From Antedon mediterranea (Eukaryota; Animalia; Echinodermata): a DNA stretch of 64,000 bases. The translations under genes were made by a program, and so were the position numbers. The stretch covers positions 30,070,001 to 30,134,000 of the forward strand of contig NC_092674.1 of assembly GCF_964355755.1 (NCBI RefSeq), given 5' to 3'. Shown here in pieces: positions 46,001-58,671 of this stretch (position 1 is its first letter; each line of letters begins with the position of its first letter). Below the pieces are notes generated by a model. It had not been told where the DNA came from and searched no databases. It saw nothing but the letters and a program-made list of their open reading frames with translations.

Positions 46001-49000
46001 TGTGTATAGGTACATCCCTAGGTATAGGTACATCCCTGGGTATAGGTACATCCCTGTGTATAGGTACATCCCTAGGTATAGGTACATCCCTGGGTATAGG
46101 TACATCCCTGTGTATAGGTACATCCCTGTGTATATTTACATCTGTGGGTATAGATACATCCCTAGATATAGGTACATCCCTAGGTATAGGTACATCCCTT
46201 TTAGCATTTTTTCTGCCTTAAAACCGCACCCACAATGTATTTAGCAATAGCTACAGACAAGTAAACAGTAATGCCATATTGATTTGGAATGACTATCATT
46301 TCATAATAGTTGTAGTCAATGTGAATAACAGCTTACCTCAATGTTCATAGTTTTGTGTATTATTAATTAATTAATTAAGGGACTTTGTTTACAAATGAAA
46401 TAGCCTCTTACAATAGTTTTCAATTAGTTTTATTGCAAAACAACAAATATAGGATATAAGCACTTAAGTTCAGACTAAAATGCAAATTATAATTTATGAC
46501 ATGATTAACACTACAGTAGAATAAGGGGTAATACTAATGTCCCAAACCCCTTTATAATGGATATAACTCAAATGGGATATTAAACACATATGTCTTCAAT
46601 AGGATTTTTGCATACGGGTTAGAACCTACGAGTCGTATGTTAATAGATATAGTTCAGGCGTGGTTGCGTCGTATACAACCATGGGAAGCCTGTCATTGAT
46701 TTGGAAGCCTGCAGTCTGTTTTCAATCAACGTTTCCTGTGTGCGTACTATGTAAAACACTGTTGAATCATGGGAAAATGATTCGTAAATACCCGGATGTT
46801 AGGAATAGACTTAATCTGAGTACGTGGAAAACAACGTCATACTTGACCTTAGTGTTGTTCATAGTTTGAGTGAATGCTTTTTGAGTATTGTGTTTGGATG
46901 CATACATTCATTTGATAAATATGTTTTATTAATAATTTACTTAATAATATCTTAAAATTATTTTTTTGTTAGAGGGGCGCCCAATTTAAAGTTTGCTATG
47001 GCGTTCCTTTTCCACTTGTATATTTCTTTGTTCATTATCGGTTGTATATTTATTATGTTACTCTTTATTTTGGTCCATAATTTTGTGGAAATAAATTGTA
47101 TTATTATTAAATATCCAGAATAAAGAAAGATTTCAAATATAATCTAATTGTGACTGTAATGAATTTAGTATTAATTAATTTTTTTTTGGAAGTGGTCTTT
47201 AACTTTTAATAATTTGTTGAAATGTTATAATGATAAATAACTGAATAATACTTTATTGAAAAACACATCTTGAGGTAATTTCCCGATTGATCGTAATCAA
47301 AACGGTACTGGGTATGGTCTACTAGCTTTCCTGCTCCCAACTCATCATCCATTCGTAGAAGCCTTGATGAAGTAAGCCTACCTGGTGGTGGCCATAGAAC
47401 GGTCCCGAGATAACGACTATACTTTGGTTAGAGAGAGTATACAGTGTCTGATTACATTAGTGTTTTATTTGTTACATTATGTGTGGAAGAGTCTATATAG
47501 AATTGATATTCCGCGTTGTTTTAGTTAAAGATGTATTGTCCCTTGAAACACAAAAAAATGAAGGTCAAAATATTCTAAATTTAAAGTGGCCATATCAAAG
47601 TAATATTAAAGTTATTCACTTTAAGTCGAAAATTTAAGCCAAAAACAACAAGTTTACGTAATTAACAGGTAAATTAGTTTGATTACATTTCATCTGGAAA
47701 ATCGTCACGAGCAAAAGTAAACAAAGATTTCAAACCATGAGTATGCATTATGCATATGCTAAATTAGGATTGTTTACAACTCGTCACGGTTAAGAAGGTA
47801 TTTTCACACAGATCATGAGGAAGTTTATGATTATGCATACAGAGTAGCCAAACAAGCGCATTTCATTATGGGATACGTTTGGATTGAAAACTTTGACTGG
47901 AAGTCAAAGTTATTTTTTTAACACAAAAAACAAAATTTTTTTCGCAAAATTTTTGGTGATAGTTAATAACTATTATGATACTTCAAAATGACCCACCTTT
48001 TTTCAAAATCTTTTATTTTTTATTTTTTTGGAATTAGTCAAAGGAACAATACATCTTTAATATGATTGATCCATGTTGTTTTGATTAACATTTTTTTTGG
48101 AAGTGGTGTTTAATAATTTGTCGAAATGTTATAATGATAAATAAATGAATAATACTTTATTGAAAAACATACACTTATTAAATCCTCTACGTTTGATTTA
48201 AATTAATTGAAAACAAACCAATCTTATTATGATCTTATTTTCCCAATATGCAAATTTATGAAATCATGGAATTGAAAGGAAATTGTATAAAAAAGACAGG
48301 AAATGTGAGTCAATGCTCCAGAACTGAACATCTAAAAACAAAATGTTAAAACAGAGAACAAATGGAGTGTAATGTCATTGTCAGAATATGTAACATAGTT
48401 TTTCAGTAGAATTCTTTTAGAAAATTGTTAGGTCTAAAGCTGTCTACACTATCAAACTTTATGTGACAAAAAAATGTGATGTGCCCATATATGGACATGA
48501 TGATGTCATATCACTAGCATATTTGGGCATATCACTACTATATTTGGGCACATCACACTTTTTTTTTCAAACTAGTTTGATAATGTATACAGAGCTTAAT
48601 ATACAAAAATAATACATTTTAACAAAATATTTTAAATACCTAGAACTTTGATATCAGCCGATGCATTCACCCGTGCAACACGGTTCTCAGCGATACATGT
48701 ATAGCGCCCACTATCCTGCACAGATGTTATCCGACTTCGCGTGATATTTGAAACAATCGTGTTTCCTTTAATGGATGGATGGTTTTTGGTAATAATGTTT
48801 TTGCCGTCTTTCAACCATCGAATGGTTGGTGTTGGGACTCCCTCGGCGGAACAGCTGAGGTTGAACTGTTGCTGTTCACTTGTTTTTGGTACCTCCATAC
48901 TTTCTGGTCCCGTAATTATACGTGGCATTTCTTTGTCTGTGTTTAAAAATAAAAACATTTATAACCTATATTTGACATAAAAAACATTGTAACTAAACAA

Positions 49001-52000
49001 GTTATTCATTAAACTACAGAAAAGCATAGTGAAATGAAGAGATTGAGAGTTAAATGCCTTTCATTAATCTTAACATTTTCTTTTTTTTAGCGGAACTACA
49101 CGTTTATATGCAAGGAGGCATTTGGTCAGGACATGATCTCTTTCTTTTAGAAAAGTAAGAGAGAGCAGAGAGAAAAAACGGAAAAAGCAGTTTCATTATT
49201 TACCAATAACTTGTATAACTACGGAAGCATTAGCTGTCTTCATATGTCCATAGTTGATTTTCTTATCTGCAGTACATATGAACTTGCCACTGGTAAACAG
49301 GCCAACGGATCTAACAGTCAAAGTGGAAGTTTGTGTGAGTTCATCTTGATCTGCCTTGATTTTATAATTATCATCTGTGTGTATCGGGATTGTGTTGTTC
49401 TCAGAGGTTATCCTACTCCACTTGAGGTTCTCAAAAGCATAGATGCTAGCCTGACAGGTGACAACAAGTTTGTCACCATTTACTGGTGACACTGTTGATG
49501 CTGTGACGTCAAGACCACTAGCAACATCTGGAGAGAAAAGAGAAATGTTAATCAATAAAATTTCAGGGAGTAACATATCCTTTCACATTCTATTAAGGCC
49601 AACGAGCAGTAACGGTAAGCGTAAAAACAGCGTAGCTTGTCCCACGTAGAAACTGTATCTGTTCTGACCGGAAACCACTCATCTGCTCCGTGTTGTGTGT
49701 AAATGGTCAACAGGAATAACATAGATTCTATAAAATACTTTATATTACCGTTACTTCTCGTCTGTGTAAATTGGCGTTTATGCATATCCATATTACCACC
49801 ATCACTCCCCTCCAATTTCTTTAAACATTGTGTTTCTTTAGTGAAAAAGTGTTTTGTTGCTGTAAGCATATAAATGTTTTGTAAATGTTGTTTGAAGAGT
49901 GTAAACTTACCTGTAATCAAAAAGTTGACAAGTTTGCTAGAGTTGAAGCTCTCCTCTTTTACTGCGACCTCTGCCACCGCTACACAAGTGTAGTTTCTCA
50001 TATTACGTGCTCGCTTTATGTGTAGAATCTGTTTATCAAGTGATGATTCTTCCACGTAAAACTCATCAGCGATTTCTGTGCTGATTGGATGCCAATAGGT
50101 ACCATCGCTATATGTCCAGTAAACGTGAGGCGCAGGGCGACCTCTACCAATGCAGGTCAGCGTGTAGTCGGAGCCAAGTTGAAATAGTGAGGGCTCCCTT
50201 GCTGGTGGAGGCTCTGGTTTTATTTCTATGGTAGGTTTAACTATAAAAAAAAAACAATAAAAACATGATTCTTATTTTTGCAATAGAAACCAATGAAATG
50301 GGAAAAGTTCCAATCCATTTTTTTTCTTCAAAATCATGCCTTGTAATATGATTATATGTATTTGAAAGCATTTTGTTTTTCATATTTGTTTGTATTTCTA
50401 ACTTTTAGAGTCCGTCAAATTAGGTAATACTTGCTTACTTAAATTTTCTAGATCCATTCATTTCACCAGTGAATCAGATAATTTAATTTTAGTGGATGTT
50501 AAATTAACATTGGCTGACTTAGTGGGAACAAAGAGTATATAGGATACATACTTAATTGACGTTAAAGCAGCCTGCCAAAAGTCTTTGTACCATGGCCATA
50601 TCCCAGAGACCTATTTCCTGTTTGCTAATTGGAAGATACTCCTCTGAATTTTTGTTTGGAACTTTTTTGGGGACAATTACTTATTGTACTGCATTGATAC
50701 TATACGTACATGGTTGATGGTATCATAATTGAGAGATTTTTAATAATTACAGAATATATTTTAAGATTCTATTGTGTGAAAATGTGCCTTGTGCCTTTTC
50801 TCACAAACAATGCATTACAATATTATACATTGCCTAACAATTTAAATATCTTAAAAGTATAATTTCTTGCATAAATTAACATGTTAATGATCATACCTAA
50901 AACCTCAAGATCAAATGTTTTGTTGACGCAGGCATATGCGTTTTTACCCACGAGCATATACTGCCCTCTATGTTCTTCTTTAACGTTGCGTATCAACAGT
51001 CGCCTGATATCTGTCTGTTCTCGTGGTTGGTACATTTTAATGTCTTTTGGTGTTATCAGCACACCATCTTTATACCATTGATAATTAGCTGCTGGGTATG
51101 ACTCGGTGATGAACGAAATACGGAACCTGTCCTGGCCTTTGAGCACCGTCAATGGGTTATTCTGCCGCATTTTCTTTATTGAAACATAACCGCTTTCTGT
51201 TAGGAAAAAAAAGTTTTTTTTAATATAATCATTTTTTTGTTTTAAAAGAAATGTATTTATGATTATTATTCTTTGAACTGCCTTGTCTTGTTCATGGAAG
51301 AACAAAACAAACAAAATCTTTGTTTCTTATTGTGTCACCTTTCCATAGTTATTAATATTTTTTGTAGACTCTGAGTGCATTGTTATTTGTCTCTCTGTAA
51401 CTATAAGAAAATGGTTTTCTATAGCAATATGTAGTACAATGGTTGTAAATATAAATTAGAAGCAATAGCTACACTACAACATATTTACCAACATGCAACA
51501 TAATTTACCAACATACAATGCAGTAACCAACCACCAACCAAAATGAAGGACTTTTTTTACAAGAACAGTTACTCAAAAAGGGAATTTAGAAACTAGGAAA
51601 AATGAAGATTCTTGGCAACTGATTCTTTAACGGAAAAAGTGACAATAAATAAAAACAAATAATATGACATAAGCATTGTATTATTTTCACACCACACAGA
51701 AATACAAATATTATGCTGAAGCCTTGCAGTTAAAATGTTACGGTCATCCAACCCTAACAAATGTGTGGTACATGGTTTGGATTGAACATAAAACCTCAGA
51801 CTAGGAGGGGAAAACAAGCTGCAATGCCACATAGACTACTAGCTGCATTTATAATGTGCCACATATAATGATTATTATTATTACTACATACTACTACAAT
51901 GAAAATGATAATGTACATTAATAATGTTAGACAATGAATTAATAAAACATAAAAGTTATATATATATATATATATTAACTCCCCAAAAACCGCCCTGGTT

Positions 52001-54410
52001 TTTGGAGATTTGACTACTAAATAGCATTTAATAATTAAGGCAGAATTTGACGAATGATATTTACTTCTGAAGAGGGGGTTAGCCTGCCCCATCCTCTTGA
52101 TTGAAACATACCCACGCTCTATTTGAAAAGAAAAGTAAACAAAACAGAAAAAATGAAAACAAAAAATCAACTAAGTTTGTTTAAATGAAAGCTCAAAATA
52201 TGAACTTGTCTTCTTACCAAGAACTTTGATATTCACAGACACGTTGCGTTCTCCTTTACGGTTATGTGCAGTACAAGTGTATTCACCGTTATCTTGCAGT
52301 GTAGCATTCTTCACAGTCAGCGTATTAACTAATTTGCGATAAGTTCTTTTATGACCATTTACAATTTCAACTACCTCTTGGTCTTTTTTTACTTCTGTAA
52401 TACGATTGGATATACCCTTAAAGAAATAACAAATTTATTAGAATTAAGTTGATTTTATGGGTTATCCTTGGTTTCTTATTTATTTTATCTGCTTGTAAAT
52501 TGTTTGTATTCATAGTCTTGTAATCTTATGTTGAAACCGAATAAAATCAAATCACATTTTGGTATCTCGGGTAAGTAAGTAAGTAAGTAAGTAACTTTAT
52601 TTTGTGTTTTCAAAGTAGACATTTCATTGGTTCTTACCTCTGTACCCATTGCAGGATAAGTAAAATACAGATTGTTACTTGTACTCAACGGAACCTCAAT
52701 TGTGCAGTTGATAACAACATCTTCTCCTTGAATTAACTCGCTTTTGCTTGCACGTAATGACGGATCCGGGATTGGTGCATTAGCTGTAAACACAAACATT
52801 TTGATTTTTTGTACTTAATAGATAATTTGAAAAATACTATGATGTGTACAAAATGTTTTTTATAGGTTTATGAGAAAGTTTTCATTACAATTCACAAGTT
52901 TTTTACAACAAAGTTTGAGAGAGAGCTGCCATTATAAGATATATGATATACAAGATTTTTGGAACAAAGAAAAGTAATATTCCATAGCATAGTGTTTGTC
53001 AATTCTTCCAATACCAGTATTTCTGATAACTGAAACCCTACCAAAAAACGCATACATTTTCTTCTTGTTAGATTGCATTTAGAAAACCAGACTTTTTAGA
53101 AAACTCAAAGTGGGACTGCCTATAGGTTGTCAAGTTCATAAAAATCAAGATGCCGTGTCATTTGGACAGCCATTTTACAGAGATTTTATTCATTTCTCAA
53201 GTTTCAATAGGTATTTGAATCTAATTTTTGCTGTCTTGTTTATTCACAATTAAAGGATTTATACACAATATTTTGTTTTAAATTTTAAAATCCTTTCATA
53301 TCGTCTTTCAGAAAACTCACCCTCAAAATGTGCCAGAAACATCTCGGTAGCGTAATATCTAACTCCTTGAAAGTTAAACACAGCGGCGCAGTGCATCATC
53401 TCATTAAACATAGGGTCACCTCGTGCACCAATGAATCCAATTTGAGGGTCGTATCGTAGGTTATCATCCATTTCAAAAGTACGATAACCAGATTTTAGGT
53501 TCACCACGATGTTGGGATTACTAACGCGACAGGGTAGGATGAATTGTTCGTCTGGGAACACAATTATTGGTTTCCATTGGACTGGCAAAAACAATGAATT
53601 ATCTAGAAAAAGAGATAATATCAGATTAACATTTTTAGATTTAGATAAGTACAGCATAAATGATTAAATAATGTATTTCATTTTTATTTTCATTAAATTT
53701 ATTTTGTCTCCATAAAAATACAATTTACAAATGTGGGCAAAGAACAAGAAAAAACAAAACCAGGCAGAGACAGGATTTCTACTTGACTTAATCACTATCT
53801 ATTGTTCAATATATAGAAAAGAAAAATAGCCAATGTAAATAAGGTAGGATTGTTGGTTGAATTTGTGTATTCGTCAGTTTTATCTATAATTTTATTTGGC
53901 TTGATTACATTTTTCGACTGTGAGTGTAATTATTAACACTTAGTAAAAAAGACATATCTTAGATGTTTTCACCTTATCCTTTAAAAAAAGGAAAGACGAA
54001 AGTTTGGGAGGGGTGGAAAAGGGAAGCTGGCTATGGCTTTTGTAAAATATCTAAATAATGGTACTTACTTTTAGCCTCTGTAATATATACATACACTGTG
54101 TCAGCCGTCTGATTGTTAATCAATGGTGAATCTTTTGCCATGTACTTGTTGTAAACACAGCTATAACGTCCCGTGTCTGTGTACGACACATTACGAACGG
54201 TCAGAAAAGCGTGAAACTGTGTACTGCCATCGTCATTAAATGTTCTGTTGTGAGAGATTATCAATCGCTGTTTTAATGGGTATTCTAGTTCGCCTGGCGG
54301 AAAGATCCACTCCATTAGAAGAGTGCCCTCACACTTTAAAATTAAATCACTCCTGGCTGATACAATTTTCTCCTTTGTCTCGGAAATTAAATGTGGCGGT
54401 TTTTCCGCAT
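30086..54410 (-). CDS. VEGFR: VEGF-receptor family receptor tyrosine kinase (FLT1/KDR-like), >=8 Ig domains, TM, split kinase; 5' signal-peptide exon not identified
   Basis: Ig exons: ~54069-54410, ~53321-53602, ~52637-52782 + 52218-~52396, ~50896-51196, ~49911-50240, ~49204-49526, ~48639-48936, 43699-43977. TM exon ~39277-39404 ([26 protein letters not shown]). JM exon ~34652-34791 ([19 protein letters not shown]). Kinase exons: ~34438-34541 (GRGAFG..VAVKMLK), ~33463-33572 ([16 protein letters not shown]), ~32128-32423 (insert), ~31892-32014 ([23 protein letters not shown]), ~31265-31476 ([20 protein letters not shown]), ~30871-30977, 30086-~30640. Confidence 0.93.
31524..31751. mobile_element. 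Decayed Tc1/pogo-like MITE with an internal 17-bp tandem repeat
   Basis: TACGGTAGAA...TTCAATTGTA ends; AAGGGCACACCTCTATT repeated ~5 times at 31554-31640. Confidence 0.45.
33631..33793. mobile_element. PIF/Harbinger (Tourist)-like MITE family A (representative copy; >=10 copies in the window)
   Basis: TIR AGCTCTGTCTACACT(ATC)AAAC, TSD TTA/TTA, internal 20-bp repeat CATATCACTACCATATTTGG. Other copies lie at ~6935-7033, ~7780-7921, ~14098-14243, ~24916-25004, ~34206-34338, ~35411-35580, ~39434-39576, 48438-48596 (TAA/TAA) and ~56894-57010. Confidence 0.85.
35320..35344. mobile_element. 25-bp P-element-like micro insertion with a perfect 7-bp TSD
   Basis: CACAGAC|CAGGGAGGT-gtttttt-ACCTCCCTG|CACAGAC. 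Confidence 0.6.
37533..37686. repeat. ~64-bp-arm inverted repeat between (TA)n tracts
   Basis: TTTCAAATTAATTAATTAAATTTCAGTATATCACCGGGCGGTTTAGAATTAAT..TGCCT is mirrored at 37623-37686. Confidence 0.85.
37881..38548. mobile_element. 668-bp non-autonomous TIR element with CCCGGGG termini and an 8-bp TSD (superfamily unassigned)
   Basis: GTTTTCAT|CCCGGGGGGGGTCACT ... AGTGACCCCCCCGGG|GTTTTCAT; the interior is GC-richer than its flanks. Confidence 0.85.
40129..40682. repeat. ~66-bp minisatellite (~9 units, some shortened)
   Basis: Unit TTATTTTATTTGTGTCTCCATTGAGATCCAGCCACTGATACCCAAAGCATTGTCATTTTTCAGTGC. Confidence 0.93.
41358..42876. repeat. 47-bp minisatellite (~32 copies)
   Basis: Unit AAAGCAAGAATGAGATTCACTCTTTTCTGATTAAAAGTTCTACTTTT. 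Confidence 0.97.
44063..46198. repeat. 18-bp minisatellite (~118 copies); source of spurious long ORFs
   Basis: Unit CATCCCT(G/A)(G/T)GTATAGGTA. The 18-bp period gives stop-free YRYIPG / GIGTSL / MYLYPG frames. Confidence 0.98.
47529..48056. mobile_element. Non-autonomous Kolobok-like DNA transposon
   Basis: TTAA|AGATGTATTGTCCC ... GGAACAATACATCT|TTAA: TTAA TSD, AG termini, ~14-bp TIR. Confidence 0.8.
48438..48596. mobile_element. MITE family A copy
   Basis: TAA|AGCTGTCTACACTATCAAAC...ACAGAGCT|TAA with the family's internal repeats. Confidence 0.8.
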
Positions 54411-57400
54411 CTAAAAAAAAAAATAATGATATTTAGAAAGCAGAAAGTAGTTGATAAACTTTTATCCAATCAAAAACATAAATAATGATGATGGTATTCA
54501 TAGTAATCATGGACAACAAATGTTTAAATTTAAAAAATTGGAGGCATTTTTTAAATATTAAAACAGGTACATTGTACATAATAGTTTTGAACAACTTCCG
54601 GAGAGAGCAATATAACTTGGAAACTCAGACACCAGCAGCAGGAGAACTCATTAAGATCTCTCAAAGCTATAGGAAGATAGGTTATTTCCGAGAGACGCGA
54701 TCAAAATCCTTAGGATGAAGAAGTAGTTACGTATAAAAGGCGCAAACATTTTATCAGATGATTACTGATGTATGTGAAAAAAAAATTAATAATGTTTGAC
54801 TGTATATATTTTGTAAATAAAAACCGTATTATACTAAATATAAAATGCATGCATTTTGTTAAACAGTAATATAAAAATGTTTTTTCTTATTTTAACTTGC
54901 ATACATTTCTAGAGTCACAAAACATTAGCATGATCACTTATACAAATAAGTAGGTTATTATATTTTTGAGTAAGTGTTTTAATTAATCAACTTCAATTAA
55001 CAAGCCTCATAATTAAGTTCACAATGCACAAAATGGTAAAGCTAAACATTCCTCTTCTCCTCCACCTCCCTCCCTACCATTCATTTAGTCTACCATATTT
55101 ATTTAGACTAAATAGACTTCCAGATTAGCTGGCCTACACCCGTCTTCACACTCGAAAAGTACAGCTTTTTTTTTTCTTCCCTTTTGCTTACTAATAAAAT
55201 ATTTCTAACCTTATGATAGACTCCTTGAACTTATGATGATCTTTCATAATTGATATTATCAAAATACATGTATTATATCAAACTTTTGAATGTTTTTTTT
55301 TTACAAGATCAAAGGATGATCACTTAAACCCATAGAATGGGGTTTTATTAGACTAACAGGTGCCAAAATATTGTCTCTCTTTTTTTGTGATTGGAGGGTG
55401 CCAGGTAACCTTGGTACAAGATGGGTTTAAAATACCTTAAAGCGATATAATAGTACTGTACTTTATTTATCAATGGATCAAGTAAACAATATTAAGTTAG
55501 TTAAGTTATTTGTTTACTTCTCGGGGAGGTGGGTCAGAGATGGGAAACCAATAATATACAGTGTATGAAAACCACATCCAAGGGTTCAGGGTTTTATACC
55601 TAAAATCGTGACTAACGTCTCCGGTAAAAAAGATTTTGTGCTGCCAAAAACTCATAAGACATAATTGAAATCAATCTGTTTTTCTATCAAAAGTCATTAT
55701 TGAATATTCATGCACTTTAAACAACCTAAAAATATGGCATATTTGAAAGGTTGTCATAGACACATGACCTATAAAATCTTCCATAATTGACCAAAAACAG
55801 GATATTCAAGTTTTGTAAAGTTGTCTTTATGTTAAATGCTGCACCTCGACAGTCTGATCTGTGAACTATATAAAGTTTTCACTTAGTAATTTGGATATTC
55901 TCCCAAACTTTCATTGGTTGTGCATTTGTTTAATGTAGTTGGTTGTGGGGGTGCGGGGATGGAAGTGATAGTTAAGAAAGAAACTGTTCTGTTTGGGTTC
56001 CCCTTTTGGAATGTCAATAGATATAGAAAAGCTGCTAGGCACCAACGCCAGACATTTGACAGCATCACTCCTGTTATACATTGATCAAACATAACTGTAA
56101 TTAGTTAATTTAGCTTAATTAGTTCCGAATGGGTGACTTATCTAAACAGAGTAGATGGTCATTGTAGATACCAATGTCCAAATTACCTGTGAAAACTCTA
56201 CAGCATAAATCTTATTGACCTGTCATCAACCTGGTAATGACCGAGGTGTTGTCAGCTGAGGTATTCATCAGACGTTAATTAGACATAATCAAATTAATTA
56301 ATTGCATTGGCCATTAACCTAGCAGTATCAGCTAATGTATGAGAGTTTTGATAGAGTGGAGCTTTGGAAGTTGAACATTACTTTTAGGGGTTGGGTATAT
56401 AGGGATGGTTTAATACAGTAGGTTGTCTTGATTTTCAGAAAAGAGGTACTCTATACCGAGACTCTATAATTTGGAACAATGGTTATAAATGCTATGCAAA
56501 TAAAAGGGGTTGCAATTCAAAGGACTGCAACCCATTTTATTGCAACTCCCATTTGCAGCCTACATACATATATATATTGAAATATTCAATTTTTTAATAG
56601 AGGCATGTACTATCCTTTACCTGACCTGAATGATACAAAACACTTTTGAGGCATTGTGAGGTTAAAACTTTGGCAGTATACTTTCACCTATCATTGTAAA
56701 CATAATTGTTGTGCCGCAGGGGATGTGGCCTAGCAATATGTTCTATGAACCGTGTCATCGTTAGGCTTACTTTATATAATGTAGATTGTAACATCATCAT
56801 TGATTTGGAGGTTGAATTAGCACCAGACAATTATTTATATTACACTAGCCTATAGTGACATATTCTGTGTAAATAAATAGCTTTCTTTATTATGCTCTGT
56901 CTACACTATCAAACTAGTTTGACAAAAAAGTGTGATGTGCCCAAATATGGAAGTGATATGCTTAAATATGGTAGTGATATGCTTAAATATGTTAGTGATA
57001 TGACATCATCATTTTCATTTAATTTACTTATTACTTGCACTTACTTTGTGTTTATTATACTGATGAAGGATTAGAAACAAAGCTGTGCAATTTTGTTCTG
57101 TATGTTTTACTGTTTGATTTAGCTTTTTGCTTATACTTTAATATTTTTTTTGTATCGCCATTGAAACCTAGTCACTGCAATCCACAGCATTCTTCACCAA
57201 TAATTTGCCATTAGATTTATCAGTAATATATTTGTCAAAAATATTAACAATAAGTTCTTTGACCCTGTAGCTAATACATCTAACTAACAACAAAAGTCAA
57301 GGTTAGGACTAAATTAGTAGATTAAACAAGATAGTGTAATAGGCCTAATTAAGTAGGCTACAATTTTGAGATACCCAATAATAGATAAAAATAAAATAAT

Positions 57401-58269
57401 AATTTTATTTTAATTTTTAAACAAAAACAGCATAATTGGTAAAGATTACACCACTTCATATTTATTTAATAATACTTACAGGTTGTGCTTCTTACTTTTA
57501 GCTTCTTTTCTTTTTAAAAATTTAACCAATGCTATCTATTGGTATACCATATATAGATAACTTGATATATATCTAAAATCCAGAGTGTTAAATTTCATAT
57601 TGGCCATATTTGCACATATGTTGATGACAGGGGCGGACACCAGATATTATAAAAAACATAATCGTGTGATTTTTCAAATAAAAAAATTACCAACATATCA
57701 TATTTTTTTGTCATTATTAAAAATTAATCCATCTTAGAAGTTTTTATTTTTCATTTGTGCGCTTTTTACAAATATTTTCTCCAAACTGTTCTCCAAAATA
57801 ATTGTATATAAGAAAAAGATATTTCTATATTGACATTTTTTTTTAGTAATAAATGTTTTACAATATTAGATAAATGATATTGTGGAGAGTTTTATTAATA
57901 ATTTATTGTTTTGTTATATTTTCTATACCTTCCGTATGTGCCATGTTTCCCACTGTTAAATATGAAACGAAAATAAAATAAATATTGTATTCACAAAATA
58001 CTTATTATAGGGCATTACAGGATTAATCTTACTTTCCCTTTACCCAACTGTTGAACCTTTTGTTAACATATAATTGTTTAGTATATTTTTCCCCAATTAA
58101 TACTAGTAATTATTGGCTTTAAAAACCATATTTAAGATCTTCTTGTAGGACATAAAGCATTTTTATTGTAAACTAAAGTGACATTATCATTTTTTAAATG
58201 AAACAGAAACAAAATCATGCATGAGTGTAGAAATTTACAGTTCAAATTTATGTCAAAATGTTGTCAAAA

Positions 58270-58412
58270 TGAACTCTCCTAATACCAGACTTTTTTGTAG
58301 GTCCAAAAGGTCCCAAATTCTTTTTTACCATTAAAAGCACATTCTGAATCTCTGGAAAACCAGACATATAAGGCCAGCCCAAAGGTGTCCGGTATTAAGA
58401 GAGTTGACTGTA
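58270..58412. mobile_element. Pogo/Tc1-like MITE remnant
   Basis: Right end GAGAGTTGACTG|TA. A matching left end TA|CAGTCAACTCTCCCAATACCAGAC is seen in another fragment at ~60866. Confidence 0.45.
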
Positions 58413-58555
58413 TAAAATCATTTATTCAGATAGCCGTAAGACTTTATAGTAAGTGAAAGTGTAAGGTTCAAATTATATGTTTGATTGGCTTTTGTTTACC
58501 TTTGAATATTGTACTGTATTTATGAGTCTGCCATGACCAAAAGAATGTAACTGTA

Positions 58556-58671
58556 TGAATTTGAATTGAATTAGAATTTTATTGAATTGAATTATATTGA
58601 GTTATATTTTGAATTGAATTATGTTAAATTGAATTGTATTGAATTGAATTGAATTGTATTACATTGAATTA
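58556..58671. repeat. Degenerate (GAATT)n microsatellite
   Basis: Repeated TTGAA/GAATT pentamers. Confidence 0.8.

Noticed and set aside
43845-46244. 799-aa and 726-aa ORFs plus minus-strand MYLYPG ORFs
   Set aside because: Translations of an 18-bp intronic minisatellite, open in several frames on both strands.
55883-56092. Signal-peptide-like ORF as VEGFR exon 1 (MLSNVWRWCLAAFLYLL..)
   Set aside because: No good phase-1 GT donor before the stop.
56095-56305. TAAT-rich cluster with a TAATCAAATTA paired-homeodomain (Alx1-type) palindrome
   Set aside because: The same motif occurs at ~3165 and ~4202; expected by chance at this AT content.
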